Both the position numbers and the translations under genes were made by a program. From contig OX597835.1 of assembly GCA_951406725.2 (NCBI GenBank), positions 3,410,001-3,474,000 on the forward strand: DNA of 64,000 nt. Reading direction: 5' to 3'. The stretch comes from Octopus vulgaris. Its lineage: Eukaryota. Below the pieces are notes generated by a model. It was given only the letters and a program-made list of their open reading frames with translations. It did not search any database and had not been told where the DNA came from. Below, in pieces: positions 36,008 to 46,283 of the stretch (position 1 is its first letter; each line of letters opens with the position of its first letter).

Positions 36008-38949
36008 ATGTCAGAGGTCTGGTGAAACCCACTAATATGAGTAAAATTCCTTACCTTAGGGACTTAAGCACAAGCAACCATGCAATATGCATAGCGCTGA
36101 CTGAAACGCACCTGTCAAGCAGTATAGCAGATGCAGAAATACACGTACCAAAGTATACTGTTTTTCGGTCAGACAGGAAGGAAAGAACTCATGGTGGGGT
36201 TGCCCTGTACGTCCGTGAAGATGTCACACCCATAGTACTGTTGACACACTCAAACTCAGTCTGTGACACACTGATAGTACACATGAAACAACCGAAAATA
36301 GTAATATGTGTCACATATCGGCCACCAGACACCCCTAGTCATGAAGGAGTGTTTGAAGATAGCCTCAGAAGAATAGAAGAAGTCCTGGACAAACTGGACC
36401 AGGGTAACACCATTCTACTGCTGGGAGATTTTAACCTTCCGAAAGTCAAATGGCCAGATGGCCATCTCCTCCCTGGAATGACATCACTTGAACAGAGACA
36501 GACAGAGTCCTTGTTGGCTCTCACACGCAAGTTTTTCATGGAACAAGCAGTGCTTCGGCCAACAAGAGGTGAGAATGTCTTGGACCTCTGTTTCACAAGC
36601 AACCCGATGCTCATCCACAACATAATGGTAACACCTACAATTCTCTCAGATCACAACTTAGTAGAGGTAATGATATATGGTATGAGAGAGTTAGTTGAGA
36701 CGCAGCCATTAGAAAATACCACAGGCCTATCCAGTCTAAACTTCCATAAGGCAAACTGGAAGAAGATCAACGAAGAGATCCGAAAACATGACTGGAGTGA
36801 CTTCATCACCACACAAGAGACCAACACACATTTCCAACATTTCATGACAACAATACAGAACATATGCCATAAGTTTGTCCCGGAGAAAAAAGCCAGCGGG
36901 CATAGGAACGTTATTCCCAGAGACAGGAAAATACTTATGAGGCGAAGAGCTAAGCTCTCGAAGCAACTGAATGCACGGCAGAGAAACAATAAGGGACTCC
37001 ACCTGAAACTTTTTGAAACGGAAACTGCACTCAAACTTTCCTATGAGAAGGAGAGGGCAGAGAGAGAAGCCAGGGCCATAGAGAATATTAAAACAAACCC
37101 TAAAGCTTTCTTTAAATTTGCGAAAGAAACCACCTCGGTACACTGCAAGATTGGCCCACTCTTTGATAAAAAGGGCTCTCTAACTGAGGACCCCCAAGGG
37201 ATAAGTGAAATACTAAAGGAACAGTATAAAAGTGTGTTCACATCCCCTCTGGGGCACATGCAAATCACAAACCCAGAAGTTTTCTTTGATGCCACAACAC
37301 TCCAAAACCAAACAACAACCATCGACCACATAGACATAACAGAGAGGGATGTAATATCTGCCATAGAAGAAATGAGAATAAACTCAGCTGCTGGACCAGA
37401 TGGATTCCCAGCAGTCCTCCTAAAAACATGCAGGCATGCCCTAGCGGGACCACTGAAGATGCTCTTCAGTGGTTCCTTGGCTAACGGTAAACTGCCCAGG
37501 GCGCTAAAAGAAGGCACCATATGCCCTATCCACAAAGGAGGGAGTAGAGCAGAGGCAAAAAACTACAGGCCAGTCTCCCTGACGTCACACATAAGTAAGG
37601 TCATGGAACGAATCATCAGAAAAAAACTGATCACGTTCCTCGAAGAAACTAACCGTCTCACTGACACACAGCATGGCTTTCGCCCAGGAAGAAGCTGCCT
37701 TACGCAGCTGTTACAACACTACGACTGGGTACTGAAACAACTACTGGATCGCTCACAGGTGGATGTGGTATATCTCGACTTTGCGAAGGCCTTTGACAAG
37801 GTCGACCACGGAGTGATATGTCACAAATTACTCAGACTCGGCATAACAGGAAAAGTAGGTGAGTGGATACATGACTTCCTGAAGGACAGAAGCCAGATGG
37901 TTGCAGCCAATGGAGCCCTCTCGGGAAAGACACCAATAGCAAGCGGGGTGCCACAGGGCACAGTCTTGGGACCCTTGCTGTTTTTGGTGGCGCTCTCTGA
38001 CATGCCCTTGGTAGCACAAACAACATCCCTCACTAGCTATGCTGATGACACAAAGGTAGCACAGGCAATCAAAAACCCAGCTGATGCTGACCTTTTACAA
38101 CAAGATCTGGATGCCATATACAAATGGGCTGAAGACAACAACATGCAATTTAATGCTGGTAAATTTCAAGCCTTACAATATCAAGCTGTAAACACATATA
38201 CATTACAACACAACTATACTGGTCCAGGAGGGATCGAAATCCCAGTATCGAAATCAATACGGGACCTGGGGATAGACATGAGTGACGATGCATCTTTTTC
38301 TTCACACATCGCGAAGGTGGCGACAATGTGCAGACGACTCACTGGCTGGATCCTGAGGACATTCCGGACAAGAGACTGCGAGACCATGTTGACACTATGG
38401 AGGACATTTGTCCTAAGCCGCCTAGACTACTGCTCCCAACTGTGGTCACCGCATAGTGTCAAACTAACCACAGAGCTTGAGACAATCCAAAGACATTTCA
38501 CCAAGAGGATTTCCACCATGAAAGAAAAGAACTATTGGGAGAGGCTTAGGGAACTCAATTTGTACTCCTTGGAACGAAGACGAGAGAGATATGCAGTGAT
38601 ATACATATGGAAAATCCTGGAGGGACTAGCACCAAATTTTGGAATTGAGAGCTGTTCCAATCCCCGTACAGGTCGTCACTGTGTGGTGCCAAAGGTCCCG
38701 TCTTCCACATCCAGGGTAAGGAGCAGATACTGTAATAGCCTGGGGTTCAGGGGCCCTCAGCTGTTCAACAAACTGCCAAGAAAACTAAGAGATCTACATG
38801 ATGCGGATGTGGACATTTTCAAAAAACATCTAGACAAGCTGCTTTCCGGGATCCCAGATGAACCCACTGCAAGGTACGAAGGTAACCTAAGGGCAGCAGC
38901 TACAAACTCTCTCTTAGATCAGTGGCCAGCCACGGCAAACTGGACTTAG
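35926..38949 (+). CDS. LINE ORF2: apurinic-like endonuclease plus reverse transcriptase (frame open from 35677; true start unresolved)
   Basis: APE motifs LLNVRGL, LTETHL, GGVALY, YRPP, GDFN, LDL, SDH; RT motifs NYRPVSLTS, QHGFRPGRSC, YLDFAKAFDKV, GVPQGTVLGP, YADD, RDLG. Confidence 0.97.
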   Translation: MATADTSPGATPTAFIDTPNISPVLLLNVRGLVKPTNMSKIPYLRDLSTSNHAICIALTETHLSSSIADAEIHVPKYTVFRSDRKERTHGGVALYVREDVTPIVLLTHSNSVCDTLIVHMKQPKIVICVTYRPPDTPSHEGVFEDSLRRIEEVLDKLDQGNTILLLGDFNLPKVKWPDGHLLPGMTSLEQRQTESLLALTRKFFMEQAVLRPTRGENVLDLCFTSNPMLIHNIMVTPTILSDHNLVEVMIYGMRELVETQPLENTTGLSSLNFHKANWKKINEEIRKHDWSDFITTQETNTHFQHFMTTIQNICHKFVPEKKASGHRNVIPRDRKILMRRRAKLSKQLNARQRNNKGLHLKLFETETALKLSYEKERAEREARAIENIKTNPKAFFKFAKETTSVHCKIGPLFDKKGSLTEDPQGISEILKEQYKSVFTSPLGHMQITNPEVFFDATTLQNQTTTIDHIDITERDVISAIEEMRINSAAGPDGFPAVLLKTCRHALAGPLKMLFSGSLANGKLPRALKEGTICPIHKGGSRAEAKNYRPVSLTSHISKVMERIIRKKLITFLEETNRLTDTQHGFRPGRSCLTQLLQHYDWVLKQLLDRSQVDVVYLDFAKAFDKVDHGVICHKLLRLGITGKVGEWIHDFLKDRSQMVAANGALSGKTPIASGVPQGTVLGPLLFLVALSDMPLVAQTTSLTSYADDTKVAQAIKNPADADLLQQDLDAIYKWAEDNNMQFNAGKFQALQYQAVNTYTLQHNYTGPGGIEIPVSKSIRDLGIDMSDDASFSSHIAKVATMCRRLTGWILRTFRTRDCETMLTLWRTFVLSRLDYCSQLWSPHSVKLTTELETIQRHFTKRISTMKEKNYWERLRELNLYSLERRRERYAVIYIWKILEGLAPNFGIESCSNPRTGRHCVVPKVPSSTSRVRSRYCNSLGFRGPQLFNKLPRKLRDLHDADVDIFKKHLDKLLSGIPDEPTARYEGNLRAAATNSLLDQWPATANWT

Positions 38950-40471
38950 AGAGGGTAGCAACAAGGGCGGTGCCCCAGCATGGCCTCAGCCGGATGGCTG
39001 AAACAAGTAAAAGAGTAAAAGAGTAAAAGAGTACACCTATCGTGTATTTGTGTATATCATTAATATATAAGTGCATGTGAATGTATGTATTCATATATAA
39101 TTTTATATCTACATTTATGCATTCATGTGTGTGTATGGAGGGAACGTCTGTCTCCAAAACTCCAAAGTTGAGAAACGTTTTCAAGCTTGGATTTGTAAAA
39201 TTACGATAAGAATAACACTGGTCAAAAATATGTAATAATAATAATATTAATGAAATTATTGTATACAGTGCTCAGGTGCACCACAACTTGTCAGAAAGTG
39301 CGTATAAAGTGTATGCAGTAATGTACAAATGTCTGGCAAGCGAACAATGTGATAAACTAATACACAGTAAAATAAAAACAAAACACGTGGTTGAAAAGAA
39401 TCTTGTGGTGCGAAGAATCAACAAAGAACAGCAGCCCAAACGGTGAACCGCGACACTGCGTGTGGTTGTCATGGTAACAAGCCGCTAATGCCACGCTGTC
39501 TGTTGATTGGCTAAAATTACCCAAATTTTCCCAACTTTAATTCCAAATGACATCAGATTCTTTAATTTACGAGATAAAATAATTGGTTGATCGTAACCAA
39601 AATTCAGAGTTGCATCGATACACCAGAATTGAAAGCAATCTGAGCAAAATGAAAGGGGATTCATTTTGCGAATGAAAGACTAGAGCCTACGTACATCCAT
39701 CCATACAAACATATATACATACAAACATATACATACATACACACACATACATATATACATACATACAAACATATACATACACACACATACATATATACAT
39801 ACAAGCATATATACACGCATACACACACACATACATATATACATACACACACATACATATATACATACATACATGCATACAAACATATATACATACATCA
39901 TCCATCCATCCATCCATACATACATACATACATACATACATACATACATGATGCTAGAAATAGCAACCAAATTGTTCATTAATCGTACTTTGGCAAATTG
40001 GCCGAATGAATAGAGCGGCGGAAAATATGCTTCGCAGAATATTTAGTTGCGGTCATTCACATTCAAATTCCACTGAAGTTAGCTTTGACTGTCGTTCTTC
40101 CGCGCCTTGATAAAACTGAACAATGACATACAAAGGGGACAGTGTTTAGCAGAGAACAGGGGGAACTGGAAGGGATTGGAGTTGTGGGTTTATTGAGAAA
40201 AGCGGGGACGAAAAGAAAAGGTGACAGTGTGGGCTGTACAGGAAGGTCTAGGATTATCCCACATTATAAAGGTGAGTATAGATGGAAGGTCGGTGTGTGT
40301 GTGTGGGGGGGGGGGGAATAAGAGGAAGAGAGAAAAAGATTAGATTGGAAAGGAATGGCGAGAGAATGACTGGTACTTTATCGAGACGCGGAAGAACGAA
40401 AGCCAAAGTTAACCTCAGTGGAATTTGAATGTAAATGACAGTAACTAAATACTGCGAAGCATAGAATATTT

Positions 40472-40895
40472 GGCAATCTTTCGTCTCTAGTAGACCTTTC
40501 CGTCGATTTCCGTAAAAATTTTTTTTTTTTTTACATATGGGCTTGCGGGAACTTTTGAAGTAATGAGAGCGAAAGAGACTAAGAGAAAGCGATTGTATGA
40601 CGAGGGAAGTTCTTTTGAAGTTACCGTGCATGGGAAGCATTGATGTACATGTGTGTGTGTGTGTGTTTGATGGGGTGTGGGAGACAGACAGTATGTTGTG
40701 TAAGTGAAGTGCTTCTGTTAGTGTGTGTGAAGAGACAGAGTAATGTGTGAAAGAAAGAGATAACTGAAATTTTTTACTCGGTGTATGTGTATATGTATGT
40801 ATATTACTTCAAAAGTTCCCGCAAGCCCATATGTAAAAAAAAAAAATTTTTTTACGGAAATCGACGGAAAGGTCTACCAGAGACGAAAGATCGCC
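40472..40895. mobile_element. MITE with ~93-bp TIRs (GGC...GCC) and a 24-bp flanking direct repeat
   Basis: 40472-40564 is the reverse complement of 40803-40895; flanks aatactgcgaagcatagaatattt / aataccgcgaagcataggatattt. Confidence 0.85.
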
Positions 40896-41061
40896 AATAC
40901 CGCGAAGCATAGGATATTTTCCGCACCTCTACTCAGTCTGCCAATTCGCTTGGGTACCGTTAACGAATAATTTGGTTGCTATTTCTAGCATCATTTTGGG
41001 GAGACCACTTACACGCCCTCATCAGCGTTCTTTCGGAGACGACTTTTAACTGGTCATGTGA

Positions 41062-41090
41062 TTACGTCACCATGACAACAGGGCGGAAGT
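41062..41090 (+). promoter_or_regulatory. Candidate LRRC27 promoter: RFX X-box, CRE-like and ETS motifs
   Basis: GTCACCATGACAAC (41066-41079) overlapping TTACGTCA, and GCGGAAGT at 41083-41090, ~850 bp upstream of the first coding exon. Confidence 0.5.
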
Positions 41091-41316
41091 AACAATATAA
41101 ACATAATGGTGGACACAGCTCTTCACTTAATTAGTGTAAACTTGCTCCTATGTTTACATGCATATATATACACATAATACATACATATATATATATGTAT
41201 GCGTGAATAGATAAGTCTGCTTACGTATATACATACATACATAATACATACATACGTACGTACATACATACATACATACATACATATACATACATACATA
41301 CATACATACATACATA

Positions 41317-41360
<44 letters not shown>

Positions 41361-41946
41361 CATACATACATGCATACAAACATACATACATACATACATA
41401 CATATACATAATACATACATGCATACATGTTTCTATGTGTGTACTAGTAAAACATCAGCATTTGAATATAACAATAGACTCTACCCAAACACGCCCCCCT
41501 CCAACAACTATATGTTTTCTATACACATACGTGTGGCAGTCTTCACATATATAAATCTAAACGCTTACATGTTGATGCAGTACTGTAAACATACACGCTT
41601 GTATTAGTCCATATATCTTCACTTGCTCAGACATAACATTTATACACGCATAAATGCGTTTATAGACGGATACAGTTGCATTATTTTACAAATTTTTATA
41701 CAAATCTCACATAATCATAAATATGCACGCAATTTTCAAACATACATAAATAAACACACGTAAATTTTATCTTAAATAGATCGACAGATATAGCTAGCGA
41801 TACATACATACATACATACATACATACAGTTGCACACACAAACACACACATTTCGTTCAGAGTCGCTGCACATACAATCTTTCACACACACACATGCATT
41901 GGAAAATCCATTGACTATTTCAGTGTGTTGCTTGTCCCTACATGTG

Positions 41947-42306
41947 ATGAAAGACTCAAATAGTGACCTCATGAACTTTGACCTGCCACCACTTAACCTT
42001 GCCGAAGAAGAAGGTGTCCCTCGTAGCAACCACACGCAAAAAGATGAAGTGAAACCTGTCACCAGTCACCATTTGTTCGACGCGATGCCTGGAGAAAATG
42101 GTACTGTCTGGAATGCAGCTGGGAGTACTTCCATAAAAGGTTTCGATGGGCCCCCAAACTTTGGAAACAATGCCCCATATGCAGAGCCAGAGAATAGAGA
42201 TATGCTTAACAAAGAAGTCTTCTCAAGCCATCTGACTTTACTTGATCTCAGCTCCAGAAAGCTGACCATCATTCCTAACAATGTGATGTCTCTGAACAAC
42301 CTTGTG
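41947..42306 (+). CDS. LRRC27: LRRC27-like coding exon 1 (exon acceptor at 41923/41924, ATG 41947)
   Basis: ttgactatttcag|; MKDSNSDLMNF...HLTLLDLSSRKLTIIPNNVMSLNNLV; donor GTG|GTGTGT. Confidence 0.8.
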
Positions 42307-45300
42307 GTGTGTTGACTTATATTTTCTTTCATTTGGTTAGCTTTGATTTTGTTGTATGTTTTTGATGTTGGTAGAACTGACCAATGATTAAAAACCATTC
42401 TAGCCATGACCATTCCATCTCCTTTATCTTTCAGTTTATCAAAAACACCATTGTTCAATGTGTTTTTCTTTTTTCATTTTCCACTTTTTTAATTTTGATT
42501 TTCAGTGCCATGAGGAAGATTTATCTGTAATTTCTAGCTAGATGAGCCACCACACAGAGGCTCCTCAATGTTGTAGTTTATATGATTGCAGGTATAGGAA
42601 AGTAGGGAGGAGAAGTTTAAAGCACTAGTCCGGTCCTGGGGTCAGTTTTTCCTTTCTCACTCTTACACTTTTTCTCTTGAAGAGATTGACTGTGTTTAGA
42701 TCCAGGGAGAGATGTGCTCCTAATCACGTAATTCTAGGTTCAGTCCCACTGCATGGCACCTTGGGCAAGTGTCTTCTACTACAGCCCCAGGCCAACCAAA
42801 GCCTTGTGAGTGGATTTGGTACATGGAAACTGAAAGAGGCCTGTTATATATATCTGTAAAATAATATGTGACAATTATTCAATAGCCAAGATAAAACTCT
42901 GAGTTTCGGATGCCGAGGTGGAAATCCTCAACACCATCTCTTCGGTTATCTGGCCAAATATTGAGGTCTCTTTCTTTCTTTTGTTATCTTACCGTTTTTA
43001 CCAATATATATATATATATATTTAGGTAAAGTTAGATAAGGCCAGTCTATGGGATTACCCTGGATTTCACATCCATAAAGTGCTTAGTTTACAGCATATC
43101 ATTAAATCTATTGGCCTATATATATATGTGTATATAAATATATATATCGAAACGTGGAGTAGATGAAACTAAGGCGACTGAAGAACGGGAATTTTCCTTG
43201 TATTGTATGTCCTGTACACTATTTTTTCGTTGTTTAAAAGAAATATCCATTTCCTTGTTTTTGTGTTTATGTTTTCGTTTCTCATTGTGTTCAACGTTTT
43301 TTTGGTGTCCTGTACCCATATATGCATGTATATATACATGTAGAGGTAGGTACGTACATATATGTATGTATATATGCATATGTTTTATTTATTAATTTAT
43401 ATATATATATATATTGGGTTGTTCGGAAAGTTCGTGCCGATTTATAGTAGCTTACTTTTTTACTTATTTTAGAACATGGTTGAGTCCATGAAATAGGATT
43501 TGACTACACCTCCATTTAGAGCACAGTTTAAGCTATCTTTTCGTGGAAGAAGGTTTATGTTCCTATAACCTGTGTTAATTCTGTAACCCTTTAAAATGGA
43601 AGATAAGAAAGTTCATTTTTGGCACTTAATGCTTTGGGAACCAGACAAAAATTGCTGCAGCTCGGCTGGGATGAGTTACCCCACCCTCCATATTCACCAG
43701 ATATTGCTTCTTCGGATTTCCATATATTTACGTCTCTGCAGAATAGTCTTAATGGTAAAAATTTAAATTCCTTGGATGATGTAAAAAGATACCTTGATGA
43801 ACTCTTTGCCATGAAAACACCTCAAATCTGGGAAGAGGGTATTTTCAAGTTAAAGGAAAGATGGAGACGCATTGTGCAACAAAATGTTTCATATTTGGTT
43901 GATTAAAAATGTAACGGCAAGTATTTATTGACCTTTTCCTTGCCTTTAAAAATTGGCACAAACTTTCCGGACAACCCAATATGTGTGTGTATGTGTTTGT
44001 CAACCCCGCTGCTTGACACCTTGTGTTGGTGTGTTTGTGTCCCCTTAACTTAGTGGTTCAGCAAAAGAGATCAGTAGAATAAGTACTATGCTTTATAAAT
44101 TAAGTATTGGGATCGATTTGTTTGACAAAAATTCAAGGCTCTGCCTCAGCATGGCCACAGTCTAATGACTGAATCAAGTAAAATATTTTTTAAAAACCCC
44201 TTTTTTTTTCATTTTTCTATTCCCCAGTACTTGTACTTGGCGAATAACAAACTCTGCCAGCTGCCAGACCATTTCTTCAATTACTTCCCAGCACTACAGT
44301 GGCTTGACCTTCGCTACAACAACCTCACTTCACTCCCTGGTCCAGATATTGACAAGAGTCACAACTTGCATTGTCTACTGCTGGAAGGTAACAACATAAT
44401 GAAACTACCAATAGAGTTAGGTAAGTATGTATGTGTGTGTGTGTAGATATATAGATATATATATCAAAATAAGCAACAAGGATATCCAGAGGTAATGCAG
44501 TACGATCGTTTCATGCAACTCCATTTAATTGAACAATGCAAACATTACATTACATCAATTGAAAATGTAGAGCAATCTTCAGCTGCACAAAGACATAGAA
44601 TTTAATTAAATTAGAAGGATACATTAGTATAATTTTACCTAAGATCTCCAAGACGTTAAGGAGATAGACAAAGAACATGTTGTACCAACAACATCAGAGT
44701 TACAACTATTTTGAACTGATGTAATGAAATGATTGCATTGTTCAATTAAACAGAGTTGCATGAAACAAGCGTACTAATTTCCTTCAAAGTTCTTTATAAA
44801 CCCCAAATTCTTTATGAACATCAATTTGTTTTTCACAGTTTCACCATTATTATCAAACTGTCAGCATGTATATATATATGTCTATAAATAATATTTATTT
44901 TACCGTGTATTTCAATAGGTTATGTCCATACTTTGCATGGACTTAATGTCAGAGACAATCCCTTGGAGATGCCCCCAGAGCATATTATAGAGCAAGGAGT
45001 TGAAGAAATACTGAGATACTTAAGGGAGAAATATCAAGAGCAAACACAAGGTCTGCTTGTAGAGTTTTATATACTTTTTTCCATTCATAAAATAATGACT
45101 CCCCCATCAGTTTCAACAAGCGTATTCATTGTTCAATCATATAAATTACTCGTTCTTTGAATTAACATGTGAGTAGTCGGATATCCTACAGAAACTTGTA
45201 CCCTTAATGTAATTTTCAGGCAGATTCAGAGTGTTATGGTGTATTACAATCTATCTGACAGTTCTTCTCTACCTAGTTTCTGGTTTCTGTCACAAGGCTT

Positions 45301-46243
45301 GGATGAATCCAAGTCTACGGTAAAGACACTTGCTCCAAATGCCACACGATAATATCAAATTTGTGACTGCAAGTGTTGTGAAAGAAATTGCAAATTTTCT
45401 AAACACAGAACCATATCCATGTCTATTTTTCACACACACACACACACACACATCTATGTAGCAGTAATGTAGATAAACACAATTAGGCTTGATATATATA
45501 TATATGCCGGTGGCACATAAAAAGCACCATCCGTTCATGGCCGTTGCCAGCCTCGCCTGGCCCCCATGCCGGTGGCACATAAAAAGCACCATCCGATCGT
45601 GGCCGTTTGCCAGACTCGTCTGGCACCTGTGCCGGTGGCACGTAAAAAGCACCCACTACACTCACGGAGTGGTTGGCGTTAGGAAGGGCATCCAGCCGTA
45701 GAAACATTGCCAGATCAAACTGGGCCTGGTGCAGCCTTCTGGCTTCCCAGACCCCAGTTGAACCGTCCAACCCATGCTAGCTTGGAAAGTGGACGCTAAA
45801 CGATGATGAGGACGATGATGATATATATAATAAATATAAATAATTAAGAGACAAAACCTCTATTAAGTAATTCAATTAATAGTGAAAGATATTATCTATA
45901 ATAAACCATATAGAAAGATTTTAAATATATTATAATAAATATTATTCTAAAAATCACTAAGTTAAATAAACATATTTCAAATTATTGTTGGGTTTATGAT
46001 ACAGAGTGTAAAGACCAGTAACAAGGTTCAGATTAACATCCAGCTTATCAACTGAATCATGTTCATTTTCTATAGAGCTAGATATACCAAATCTTTTAAA
46101 AAAGTTATCGAATTTTTTCATATATAGGTTTATTTTTCTGTTGGATTGACTATCAATCAAAAATAGTGCATCATCTCTATATAGTCCACCTTTAATGTCT
46201 GGAAATTCATTATAGAAATGATATAGTATGTATGTATGTGTGT

Positions 46244-46283
<40 letters not shown>

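Larger units (their letters stand above)
34590..39033 (+). mobile_element. Apparently intact non-LTR retrotransposon (CR1/L2-group LINE); 5' boundary uncertain
   Basis: CT-rich 5' region, two uninterrupted overlapping ORFs, very short 3' UTR with a hairpin, and a (GAGTAAAA)n tail ending near 39033. Confidence 0.92.
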
